A stretch of 32,000 nt of DNA from Polyangiaceae bacterium (GCA_050300635.1 JBNKYC010000014.1:194175-226174), one strand, 5' to 3'; shown: positions 20,092 through 29,622, counted from the stretch's first letter. The notes: generated by a model not told the origin, from the sequence alone. A program made the numbers and translations.

Positions 20092-20786
20092 AGACCCCTC
20101 CCTGCATTGAGAGCCTTCACCTCGCTCTGCATGTTCGTTCGGGCCAAGGCTCCAAACTCCTCCTCAAACAGCGGGTTCGTGAATACATGCGTGCCCTTCA
20201 GCATCTCCTGCAGGAAACGAAGGCGCCCCCAGCGGTACTGCCAATTGGAGTACTTCGCGTACTCATCGCGCACCTGCCGGCTGTACTCGCGGTAGCGCCC
20301 CGCCGGGCTACCCAGAATCCAGAGATCGCAGTCGCACATGATGCTGGAGAGCTGCACCCCACATGCCTTGTGATCCGTCGTCTCGAGGATGAGGGCGCTT
20401 GCCCCCTGGATGACGTCAGTCGTCAGCCCGGCCTGCGCTGCCAGAACCTGAAACTGCTCTGCGCTGCGCCGCTCGTTGTCCTTCGCTCCTGGCTCGTAGA
20501 CCATGTCATGAAACCAGAGCGCCAGCTCTAGCTCCAGGGGCACTTCCGGCCACCCGACGATGGCTGCGTACTGGGAAGCGAGCTGAACGCACTCATCGAC
20601 ATGCCGGAGAGTGTGAAAGCGCCGATGGGTCTCGGCGTAGGCGTCCCTCAGAACGTGCCACGCAGCCCCTCCAAGCTCCCGAGTGCCCCAGCGATTCACG
20701 AACCGTCGCTCCAAGGTCGCTCTGCCGCTCAAGACGGGCGCCTGGAAGCCGATTCCGTAGCGCCTCTCGATATCTTCCGTTTCCAT
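20076..20786 (-). CDS. HD-superfamily phosphohydrolase (COG4339-like), short paralogue
   Basis: RRFHTLRHVDEC...LALWFHDMVYEP...NERRSAE. It is first in a codirectional run of four genes. Confidence 0.75.
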   Translation of the reverse strand: METEDIERRYGIGFQAPVLSGRATLERRFVNRWGTRELGGAAWHVLRDAYAETHRRFHTLRHVDECVQLASQYAAIVGWPEVPLELELALWFHDMVYEPGAKDNERRSAEQFQVLAAQAGLTTDVIQGASALILETTDHKACGVQLSSIMCDCDLWILGSPAGRYREYSRQVRDEYAKYSNWQYRWGRLRFLQEMLKGTHVFTNPLFEEEFGALARTNMQSEVKALNAGRGLCLAG

Positions 20787-20808
20787 ACCCCTAGGCTGCG
20801 AGGAGTAA

Positions 20809-20826
20809 ATTGGTTATCCAACCAAT
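20809..20826. promoter_or_regulatory. Second copy of the palindromic operator candidate
   Basis: ATTGGTTATCCAACCAAT, within a ~60-bp stretch identical to 17159-17220. Confidence 0.55.
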
Positions 20827-20828
20827 CT

Positions 20829-21401
20829 ATGGGAAGACCGAGCAACCGTGAGGAAAAGCGGCGAGAAATTCTGCAGGCCTTTGCCCAGGTGCTGGCCGAT
20901 CACGGCTACGCGGGGGCCACCGTCGCCAAAGTCGCGGCAGAGGCCGGGGTAGCTCCGGGGCTCATTCACCACCACTTCAAGAACAAGGAGGAGCTCCTCG
21001 GCGCACTCCTGGACATGCTGATGGGGCGGTTTCGTTCCAGGCTACGCGATCAGGACGCTCAGGAGGGCGGACTCGCTGCGTACGCAGACGCGGCGCTCAA
21101 ACTGGATGAGAAGGCTGACACGGTGGCGGCAAAGTGCTGGGTAGGGCTCCTCGCTGAAGCGGTGAGGAACCCTGACTTGTTCAAACGAGTGCGTAGGCTC
21201 CTCGACTCGGAAATCTCCAATATCCAAGCGCTCAGCGGGAACCGCATGAGCGACCACGATGCGAGCGCTGTGCTCGCGTTTGTGATGGGTTCTTTGGTGT
21301 TTGGGGCGTTTGCGCCAAGGAAGACCGCGGGATTTGCGGCGCCGGCGCTGAAGAGTCTTGTTTCGACGCGAGACCTTCTGATCCCACCGGAGAACAGCTA
21401 G
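20829..21401 (+). CDS. TetR-family transcriptional regulator (paralogue, ~90% identical to 17199-17753)
   Basis: It has the same HTH block. The start is set at MGRPSNREEK. Confidence 0.85.
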   Translation: MGRPSNREEKRREILQAFAQVLADHGYAGATVAKVAAEAGVAPGLIHHHFKNKEELLGALLDMLMGRFRSRLRDQDAQEGGLAAYADAALKLDEKADTVAAKCWVGLLAEAVRNPDLFKRVRRLLDSEISNIQALSGNRMSDHDASAVLAFVMGSLVFGAFAPRKTAGFAAPALKSLVSTRDLLIPPENS

Positions 21402-21447
21402 GGTCCGCAGCGCTGCCCACTGGACGAATCTGCCCAGGAACGAGACG

Positions 21448-22920
21448 ATGAAGACACTGCGCGTCGAACTAAGACACTGTTACGGCATAAAGAAGCTGAG
21501 CACCAAGTTCGAGTTCAGCAAGGACCGCGCGTACGCTGTCTATGCCCCGAATGGCGTGATGAAGTCGTCATTCGCGGAGACGTTCAAGGACATCTCGTTG
21601 GCGAGGTCTTCCCAAGATCGCATCTTCCCGAATCGAGAAACTGTCCGCGGGGTTACGGATGAAAGCGGCACCGACTTACCGGCAGAGTCTGTGCTTGTAC
21701 TCCCACCCTACGACGAAGTTTTTGGGGACTCGGATAGGACAGCCACCCTCCTGGTCGATACCAAACTGCGAAAGGAATATGAGAAGCTTTTCGCAGACAT
21801 CGAGAAGTCCAAGACCGCGTTTCTCAAGCAGATGAAGGCTCAGTCCAAGACCAAGCGCGATCTCGAAAGGGAAATATCGAGCACTTTCACGAGGTCAACT
21901 GACAAATTCTACCAGGCGCTCATCAGGGTGAAGAAGGAGGTTGCAGAGCTTCCTGAACCGCAATTCTCGAATGTGGCCTACGACTTGGTCGCGGACGAAA
22001 AGGTGCGCGCGTTCCTCGAAACCGGAGACGTCAAGCAAGTCCTTCAGGACTACATTGACCAGTACAATAAGCTCCTTGAGCAGTCGAAGTACTTTCGAAA
22101 AGGAACGTTCGACTACTACAACGCCTCCACCATTGCGAAATCCCTCGCAAAGAACGGATTTTTCAAGGCCAAGCACACCGTAACTCTAAACGCGGAGAGC
22201 AAGGTTGAGGTCACCAATGAGAAGCAGTTAGCGAAAGTTGTAGCCGAGGAAAAGGCCGCGATCGTCAAGGACGAAAAACTCAAGAAGACCTTCGACGAGA
22301 TGGAGAAGCGCATCACAAAGAATGAGCTGCTCCGAGGTCTTCAGGAGTTCATTGCGAACAGTCAAGAAGTCCTTGCGCTTCTGGGCAACCTGGAGCAACT
22401 CAAGGAAGACATCTGGAAGTCCTATTTCAAAGAGCATGAATCGCTCTATCTGGAGCTCATTGAGAAGTTCCAGGCGGCAGAGGTACGACAAAAGCAGATC
22501 CTAGCTGAAGCGACGCGGCAGCGGACGGACTGGGAAGATGTCGTGGAGATCTTCAATCGCCGCTTCTTCGTTCCCTTCAAGCTAACGGTCACAAACAGAG
22601 AGTCCGTGATGATAGGTCGCGCCCAAGTCCCCTCGCTTGGGTTCGTCTTTGAGGAGGACGGCCAGACAGCAGATGTCGAGCGTTCAGACCTACTGAAGGT
22701 GTTGAGCACTGGCGAAAAGAAGGCTCTCTACATCCTGAACGTCATTTTTGAAGTAGAGGTCCGTAGGAAAGCCCAAACGCCGACAGTGTTCGTCGTAGAC
22801 GACATCGCGGATTCGTTCGACTACAAGAACAAAGTACGCGATCATTCAGTATCTTAAGGACATCGCCGAAGAATCATGCTTCCGGCAAATCATCCTTACT
22901 CATAATTTCGACTTCTTCAA
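21448..22920 (+). pseudogene. ABC/SMC-type (AAA_13-like) ATPase, frameshifted and 3'-truncated
   Basis: Degenerate P-loop YAPNGVMKSS, signature LSTGEKKALYIL and Walker B VFVVDDIADSFD. The natural continuation KYAIIQYLKDIAEESCFRQIILTHNFDFF is in the +1 frame after an extra G at about 22834. Similarity ends at about 22920. GC content is visibly lower than in neighbouring genes. Confidence 0.6.
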
Positions 22921-23666
22921 CCGGAGAGCCGGAGGTGCTCACCTTCTTGAGCACGATGGTCCTCGGCATGGTGGCGCACGATCGCATCGCCCTGTTCTTC
23001 TCCCGTCGGGCGACGGAGCGGGCTGAGTCAGAGAGGGTAGCCGCATTATTTGAGAAGGACTCCCACGACGACGAATGCATTCGACCGGAGGAGGGGGCCC
23101 CGGCGTAGTTGGCCGGGGCCTGCTTCCCATGAGGTGCGCTGGGTGGCGTCCGTTCAACCAATGAGTCGGTAGGTCTCCCGGCGCCCCAGGATGCGATGGT
23201 TAGCGTTGGTCGCCCTCGAGCGCCGATCAGTTTGCCTCGTGGGCGCCAGCAAAAACAACCGCTTGTCGCTCTACTGGGACTTGAAAATAGCATGTCCCAG
23301 CAAACGGTAACCAACTACACACGCTAAACATACCAAACGCAGGCTTTTCCTAGGTCGAGCCCTCGCCCCGACAGGGGTGAGACCTAGGAAAGGCCGTTCC
23401 CTGTCATTGCAAGCGGCTGTAGACACATTTTTCCTCTCGGTGCCACCCATTCTTTCACGGGAAACGCGATTGAAGCGACCTTGCAATATCGGGGACCCCG
23501 GGGCCCTTCCTCAGAGTAAAAACAAGACGATCTCGGAATTTCCCCCGGCTTCTACGTTCAGATCGTTTCCTCGCTAGTGTAGTACGTCGAACTAATGACG
23601 ACCGGCGCGAACTCCCTCACGATGTTTCGCCGCTCCGGCCGCCGCTTGGAATCGAGACTCTGACCT

Positions 23667-25124
23667 ATGCAACCTGAACCCGGAATGCTCATCACTCCGA
23701 CCATCCGTCTAGAACACCTGCTCGGCCAGGGTGGAATGGGGAGCGTTTGGGTAGCCACCCACCTGAAGTTCTACATCAAGGTCGTCGTGAAGTTCATGGC
23801 GGAAGACTTCGCCGAAAACACGGAGGCCCTTGGTCGCTTCGAAAGAGAAGCCGCCCTCGCGGCTCAGGCGAAGAGCCCTCATGTGGTTCATATCTACGAC
23901 CACGGCGTCTCGGACATTGGCCTCCCCTATATCGCGATGGAGCTCCTCGAGGGCGAAGACCTCGCGTCACGGATGGAACGCGAAGGCCCCATTTCCCCCG
24001 CAGTCTACGCCGGTTGGCTCTGGCAGGCTTGTTCGGGCCTATCCAAGGCCCACGCCAAAGGGATCGTTCACCGCGACGTCAAACCCGAAAACATCTTTCT
24101 CTGCAGCGACGATGAAGAAACGCTGGTCAAGGTGCTCGACTTCGGAATCGCCAAGAGTCACACGCAGACGGGCGGATTCTCTGCAACTCGTACCGGGGTC
24201 ATGATGGGCACCGCCTATTATATGAGCCCCGAGCAGACCATGGGGTCGAAAGAAATCGACCAACGAACGGACATCTGGGCCCTAGGGGCCACGACTTATC
24301 ATGCTCTTACCGGCAAACGTCCCTTCGACGCCGACTCGCTGGGAGCTTTGGTCTATGCCATCACAGTCGGCCCCATCGCCCCACCCAGCTTCCACAACCC
24401 TGCTCTCTCCTCGGAGGTCGACGCTTGGATGGAAAAAGCCCTGGCACGCAAGCCGGCTGAACGATTCGCCTCGACCAAAGAAATGGCCGAAGCCTTCTTG
24501 GCAGCCGTCGCGGGCAGCGAAGAAACAACCGGCAAGGCGGCGGTCTTGGGCGGCATTCACGCCGTGCGTGCTCGCGCGGGAACCGCACCCGGTTTTGAGA
24601 GCGCACGGCCCCAAACGAGCACGAGGACGCCCACGGCAGCCTCCGGAAGCACCATGCCCGGATGGGGGCAGACCGCCGCTCCTCCGCTTAGGAAGCGCAA
24701 CTGGCCACTCATCGGCGCTGCCGGTGCACTAGCTGCAGCAGCCCTAGCCACCGGGGCTCTCGTCTTCAGCGGAAACCATGAGGAGCCCCCTGAGCTCCTC
24801 GTTTCCGAATTCGTGCTTGCAGCCGAACCAGACAAGACCCAACTATCAGCACCCGCCTCAAAAGAGGAGGAGCCGGCTCGAGCAGAGCCCGAACCCAAAC
24901 CCGCCGTCGCTCAACCCGCCGCGCCTGAACCCGCCGCGCCTGAACCCGCCGCGCCCGAACCCGCCGCGCCCGAACCCGCCGTCGCTCAACCCGCCGCGCC
25001 CCCAATCACCCCGCTGCCCCAGCCCGCCCCACGACCGGTTGTTCGTCCCCAAGCAGCACTCAAGGCCAAGCCTAAGCCTCGACCCAAGCCCACCCCCGCC
25101 TCAGCCTTCGGCGGTCGCCTCTAG
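23667..25124 (+). CDS. Hanks-type Ser/Thr protein kinase with a TM segment and Pro/Ala-rich tail
   Basis: GQGGMGSVW, HRDVKPENIF, DFGIAK and YMSPEQ motifs. Confidence 0.9.
   Translation: MQPEPGMLITPTIRLEHLLGQGGMGSVWVATHLKFYIKVVVKFMAEDFAENTEALGRFEREAALAAQAKSPHVVHIYDHGVSDIGLPYIAMELLEGEDLASRMEREGPISPAVYAGWLWQACSGLSKAHAKGIVHRDVKPENIFLCSDDEETLVKVLDFGIAKSHTQTGGFSATRTGVMMGTAYYMSPEQTMGSKEIDQRTDIWALGATTYHALTGKRPFDADSLGALVYAITVGPIAPPSFHNPALSSEVDAWMEKALARKPAERFASTKEMAEAFLAAVAGSEETTGKAAVLGGIHAVRARAGTAPGFESARPQTSTRTPTAASGSTMPGWGQTAAPPLRKRNWPLIGAAGALAAAALATGALVFSGNHEEPPELLVSEFVLAAEPDKTQLSAPASKEEEPARAEPEPKPAVAQPAAPEPAAPEPAAPEPAAPEPAVAQPAAPPITPLPQPAPRPVVRPQAALKAKPKPRPKPTPASAFGGRL
24897..25001 (+). repeat. 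15-bp tandem repeat (about 7 units) encoding (A/V)AQ/EPAAP repeats
   Basis: GAACCCGCCGCGCC(T/C) units lie inside the kinase tail. Confidence 0.8.
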
Positions 25125-25239
25125 CCGATGCAGTTCGTTCAGCACGACTCATCATCCACTACCAATTCTTATCGTCAACTGGGTCGTCACTCTCCCGAGC
25201 CCCGGCGCGCCCAGCTGCGATCAAAATAAAGGAGACATC

Positions 25240-26256
25240 GTGAAGTTACTTAACTTGGTCCTGCCGCTCACTCTACTTTTTTATGCCCCCAACGCCTGGG
25301 CGGGCTCCATGGAGCGAGCTGCGGCCATCACGGCCTTCGACGAAGCCCAAGCGATGATGGAAAAGGGCGCTATTTCAAGCGCCTGCGCTAAATTCCAGGA
25401 GAGCTACGATCTGGACGCACAACTGGGCTCTCTCCTGCATCTCGCCGATTGTCGTCAACAGAACGGCCAAATCGCCTCCGCCTGGAGCGGCTTTCTCAGT
25501 GCCGCCGAATGGGCTGAAAAGAACGGCGACGAGCGCGCGGACGTGGCGCAGCAACGTGCGGCAGAGCTGGCCCCTCAGCTCAGTCATCTCACTCTAAAAT
25601 TCGCAGCACCTCTACCTCAGGGTGCCGTCCTCACACGCAACGGCAAAGAAGTCCCGCAAGCAATGTGGACCCGAGACATCCCCCTCGATCCAGGCGCGTA
25701 TCGGTTCGAAGCCACGGCCGAGGGCTATCAACCCTGGACAGCCGAAGTTACGATCCAAGGCAAGGGCAGCTCCTCCACTTTACAAGTTCCGGCACTCGTC
25801 GCGATCGCTCCCGACGAAAAGAAAAGCTCAAACTCCACTACGGCCGCGACCAGCGACGACTCGAACAAGGACAAAACCCTGCTCGCTAACAAGTGGCCTG
25901 CCTTGGTCGCGGCCGGCGTCGGGGTTGCAGGTGGCGTGGTCTGGGGCATCTTTGGAGCTCAGTCGATGCAGGCTAAATCGGACGCCGACGAGCTTTGTGG
26001 CAAGGGCTTCAAGTGTATCGACGCGAGCGGTACGGATTTACGCGACAAGGCGTTCAAGACCGGCAACCTAGCCACCATCGGAACCATCGTCACCGGCGTC
26101 GGCATAGCCACGGCGGGCGTTCTTTGGTTCGTGCTGCCCAACAGCCGCTCGAAGGAAACCATCGCCCGCCGCTCTCGTCCTCTGGTAGCACAGACCCCTG
26201 TGCGCTTCAGGCTCGGCGTGCACGCCACCGGCGCCAGCCTCCAGGGCTCCTTCTGA
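25240..26256 (+). CDS. Secreted/membrane protein with an N-terminal helical domain and a C-terminal TM segment
   Basis: GTG start after AAGGAG, with signal peptide VKLLNLVLPLTLLFYAPNAWA. The upstream part of the track's ORF (24778) overlaps the kinase and is Pro-rich out-of-frame sequence. Confidence 0.65.
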   Translation: MKLLNLVLPLTLLFYAPNAWAGSMERAAAITAFDEAQAMMEKGAISSACAKFQESYDLDAQLGSLLHLADCRQQNGQIASAWSGFLSAAEWAEKNGDERADVAQQRAAELAPQLSHLTLKFAAPLPQGAVLTRNGKEVPQAMWTRDIPLDPGAYRFEATAEGYQPWTAEVTIQGKGSSSTLQVPALVAIAPDEKKSSNSTTAATSDDSNKDKTLLANKWPALVAAGVGVAGGVVWGIFGAQSMQAKSDADELCGKGFKCIDASGTDLRDKAFKTGNLATIGTIVTGVGIATAGVLWFVLPNSRSKETIARRSRPLVAQTPVRFRLGVHATGASLQGSF

Positions 26257-26322
26257 GCCCCTATTCGCCACTCATTTCCGTGAACGAGCGCCACCAGCCC
26301 TTCCCCCACCAAGGCTCTTAGA

Positions 26323-28221
26323 ATGAAGCAGATCTTGAGAATCACATCACTCACCACACTCTCCACCCTGAGCCTCTTGTCAGGGTGCAACGCAATTCTT
26401 GGCAACGAGTCCCCCGACAATCTGAAGGACCAAAACCTGGGAGGCGGAAGCAACGACACCACCACTGGCGGAGGCAGCTCAAACACGAGTTCGAGCGGTG
26501 ATGGTGATGATGGTGATAGCAGTGCTGGCGACAGCGGCGACGGCAGCGACGGCGATACGAACGATTTCACGACCGGGGACGGCGGCTCGAGTCTCGCAGT
26601 TGGCGGTTCATCATCAGGTCATGGGAACAGCACTTCAGGAGACGGCGATTTGACCACAGATCAACCTGACTCCCCCTGCTTCGACGACGATCCGGACACC
26701 GCTTGCGGCGATTGGACCAACTGCGCACCAGGGACCTATGTCGAAAGCGACGGCACCCACGACCAAGATCGCGTTTGCGGCGCATGCGATCCTGGCTACT
26801 TCAGCGACAACGTGAACGCAGGCGTCTGCTCCAAATGCCCGGACCAAACGTATACATCTGACTTCGGCTCGGACCACTGCCAAGATTGGACCGTCTGTGG
26901 CTGGGAAGAGGAAGTCGAGTCCAAAGGAACCAGTACCAAGGATCAAATCTGCACCGACGGAAGCATCTATCGCGTCATCGATACGAACGTCGCCGACTCC
27001 GCTCGGACCGTCACCGTAGATCCAGACGACAACGTCTACCATGTGACCTACGGAAAGGTGGATCCCTCCACCGACACGACCTATTCAGCCTATCAAATCT
27101 ACGTCACCAAGTACGACACCAACGGCGAGCTGCTCTGGCAGAAGCGTTATGGGGACAAAAAGAACACTTCCGTCCCCTATGCGGCGGACACCGATAGTGA
27201 GGGCAACCTCTTCGTCACTGGCTATACCAGCGGCGATTGGGAAGGGGGAACATCTACTGGCAAGAGTGACGGCTTCCTGGCGAAGATCGAGCCAAACGGC
27301 GAGCTCTCTTGGGTCGATACCTTCGGAATGGCCTCCCGCTACACCTACGCTCCCGGCATCACGGTCGACAACAAGGACGCCGTCTATGTAGCTGGATACA
27401 CCAACGGCGCCCTAGGCAAGGAGGGCAACCAGGGCGGCTACGACATGATCGCCCGCAAATACTCCACGACCGGCACCGTCGCTTGGACCCATCAATTCGG
27501 CGACCGTACTGAGGACTACGCCCACTCGATCCAGGTCAACGATTCCGGCATCGTCTATCTCTTAGGCCAGGCGACAGCGTCGAACAAACCTGACTTCTAC
27601 GGTACAAAGGTGAAAGGCCGTTCCGATATCGCACTGCTCATCTTCGACCCGGACGACAAGAAGATCGTTCCCATCGCCGAGCTCTACTCCTCTTCTTATC
27701 GAGGATACGGCCGCGAAATTCGCCTCACTGATAACGGGGACGCCATCATCGCTGGCTACCTCCGCAATAACTCAAGCTACTACCTCTACACGCACCGCGT
27801 CACTTCGAGCGGTATCCCCGTCTGGAGTGCGCCGCTCACCTCCAGCGCCAACTCCACCACCCTCGCAGAGGCCATGGTACTGGGCGCCGCAGGCAACCCG
27901 ACTCTGATCGGATACACCTCTGTGTCCCCCACCTTCGGTGGTGAACCGAACCTGGGCGGCTCCGGGGCACTCATTCGCAAGATCTCCTCCGAGAAAGCCA
28001 ATCTGTGGACGCGCATCTACAATTCTGAAGACGACGGGAACAACACCTTTTACGATGATAGATGTTACGATGGGGCCGTCGACTCGAAAGGACGACTCTT
28101 CCTTTCTTGCACCAGTACCGGCACCTTCATCGGTGATGGCCCAGCAGTGGGTAAGCAACAAGCGGTCCTCATCATGGTCGACATGCCCTCTATCGACGCA
28201 GCGGAAGCCCCCGCCGACTGA
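26323..28221 (+). CDS. Lipoprotein with a Cys-rich region and SBBP-like beta-propeller repeats
   Basis: Lipobox LLSGC. Repeated motifs (GYTSGDWEG, VAGYTNGALG, IAGYLRN, IGYTSVS). Confidence 0.7.
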   Translation: MKQILRITSLTTLSTLSLLSGCNAILGNESPDNLKDQNLGGGSNDTTTGGGSSNTSSSGDGDDGDSSAGDSGDGSDGDTNDFTTGDGGSSLAVGGSSSGHGNSTSGDGDLTTDQPDSPCFDDDPDTACGDWTNCAPGTYVESDGTHDQDRVCGACDPGYFSDNVNAGVCSKCPDQTYTSDFGSDHCQDWTVCGWEEEVESKGTSTKDQICTDGSIYRVIDTNVADSARTVTVDPDDNVYHVTYGKVDPSTDTTYSAYQIYVTKYDTNGELLWQKRYGDKKNTSVPYAADTDSEGNLFVTGYTSGDWEGGTSTGKSDGFLAKIEPNGELSWVDTFGMASRYTYAPGITVDNKDAVYVAGYTNGALGKEGNQGGYDMIARKYSTTGTVAWTHQFGDRTEDYAHSIQVNDSGIVYLLGQATASNKPDFYGTKVKGRSDIALLIFDPDDKKIVPIAELYSSSYRGYGREIRLTDNGDAIIAGYLRNNSSYYLYTHRVTSSGIPVWSAPLTSSANSTTLAEAMVLGAAGNPTLIGYTSVSPTFGGEPNLGGSGALIRKISSEKANLWTRIYNSEDDGNNTFYDDRCYDGAVDSKGRLFLSCTSTGTFIGDGPAVGKQQAVLIMVDMPSIDAAEAPAD

Positions 28222-28416
28222 TCCAATCAACCCTGCCGAGAGCAACTCGCCGCAGTAAGCCAGCACAAGCAGCCTCTAGGTAGGCGAGACCAAGGAGCCC
28301 CGCGATGATTCGTTGGGGCTCCGGGCTTTTTTAGGGGGCCAGCCCGCTGAACGCTCAAGACGGCCTAGGCCAGGTCGCCCCCAAAGCCTTCAAGGTTGAT
28401 CATATAACACAAATGC

Positions 28417-28776
28417 CTACTGAAAGAGCGCCGAGACGGAGGTCCCATCGTGGATACTCCGAATGGCGTCGGCCAAAAGCTTGTCGACGCTGAGCACCCG
28501 CATCTTGTCGAGACGCTGGGCTTCTTCAGGCAACGGTATCGTGTCCGTTACAATCACCTCCGCAACCCGCGCCGCCGAGGCACTCCTGAGCGCATCGATC
28601 ATGATCAACAATTCAAAGATATTCTGATGCAGCGGAGGCGCCGCGGTCTGCACGACGAACACATCCGCTTCTCGAACGTTCTCGTGGATCTGGACCATCA
28701 AGTTCTCGTTCGAAAACTTGGTCGTCGTGCTCTCCCCAAGTCGCAACCCGAGCTTTCCGCATATGCTTTGGGCCAA
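28417..28776 (-). pseudogene. prs: Ribose-phosphate pyrophosphokinase (prs) remnant with a large internal deletion
   Basis: The N-terminal ~70 aa (DVFVVQTAAPPLHQNIFELLIMIDALRSASAARV) are fused directly to the C-terminal ~48 aa (VIVTDTIPLPEE...VLSVDKLLADAIRSIHDGTSVSALF). About 170 aa of a normal Prs are missing. Confidence 0.65.
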
Positions 28777-29082
28777 CTCCCGATGACTCTCGCCGCTGAA
28801 TATAAGGAATTTCCCGTATATATGTGTGCTGGCTACCTAGCGCATCCACGTCGTCAAGCCGCCCTCCGACAGGGGACAGCTCAAGCGCATCGGGGACGCG
28901 CACTCGTGGGGTGCTTTTCTCGCAGATCGTCAAGCATGTGCCGTGGGCCTTGCCCGTGTTTGTTCTCGGTCAGGTGTTGAGTCTCGTGTTGCACCGAAAA
29001 GACCCCTGTAGGGGATCCCCTACAGCCATGCGGGGGACTACCGGACCTCCTTCGGAAGGACATCGGATATTGCTATTTCACT

Positions 29083-29622
29083 ATGCGATACCGACCCAGT
29101 CCCGCGCGGATTTTCCCGGCCATGCTCTTCACAGTCGGCCTCTCATGGGGGATTGCCGCGATTGGTTGCAGTAGTCAAAGCGAAGATGGCAGTGGGGATA
29201 GCTCCATCGGAGGTGCGGGAGGCGCCGGAGATACGGAAAGCGCCGGTGGTGCTGGTGGTGCTGAAAATACGGAAAGTGCGGATGGTAGTGCGAGGCGCCC
29301 GTTCGAACTTTCAGATGTCGTCGATGTCCTCCAAGGCGTGCTGGACCTGCTAGACGACGACGACGCCTCGAAGGATTCCTCCCCCGTCACTCGCACTCGA
29401 GCGAAGAAGCCCGAGACACGATGCATTCCGGGGACGCGTGCCTGCGAATGCACCGCGAATCACACCTGCGATGAGGGCATGGACTGTATTGAAAACGTGT
29501 GCGGGCGTGCCTCTCGCTGGGGACCGTGGACCGAAGGGGCAGGATGGCCCGAATCTCAGGGGCTCGTTTGGGGCGAGTCCGGAATGGGCGGCGCGCCGCC
29601 GGTCAACGGAGTGTGGGAATAA
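29083..29622 (+). CDS. Small Gly/Cys-rich lipoprotein
   Basis: Lipobox AAIGCSS. The stop overlaps the next start (TAATG). Confidence 0.55.
   Translation: MRYRPSPARIFPAMLFTVGLSWGIAAIGCSSQSEDGSGDSSIGGAGGAGDTESAGGAGGAENTESADGSARRPFELSDVVDVLQGVLDLLDDDDASKDSSPVTRTRAKKPETRCIPGTRACECTANHTCDEGMDCIENVCGRASRWGPWTEGAGWPESQGLVWGESGMGGAPPVNGVWE

Noticed and set aside
22874-23314. 146-aa minus-strand ORF after the ATPase pseudogene
   Set aside because: It has low-complexity Ala/Arg/Ser/Pro composition, no start context and no recognisable domain. It lies in what looks like junction DNA.
23348-23390. 10-bp inverted repeat TTCCTAGGTC...GACCTAGGAA, considered as a possible island end or att site
   Set aside because: It has no similarity to the tRNA-fragment repeats at the left end and no second copy in the window. 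It is most simply an isolated hairpin.
24778-25239. The upstream part of ORF 24778-26256, overlapping the kinase gene
   Set aside because: It is a Pro-rich out-of-frame reading of the kinase tail repeats. A GTG with AAGGAG at 25240 begins a clean signal peptide.
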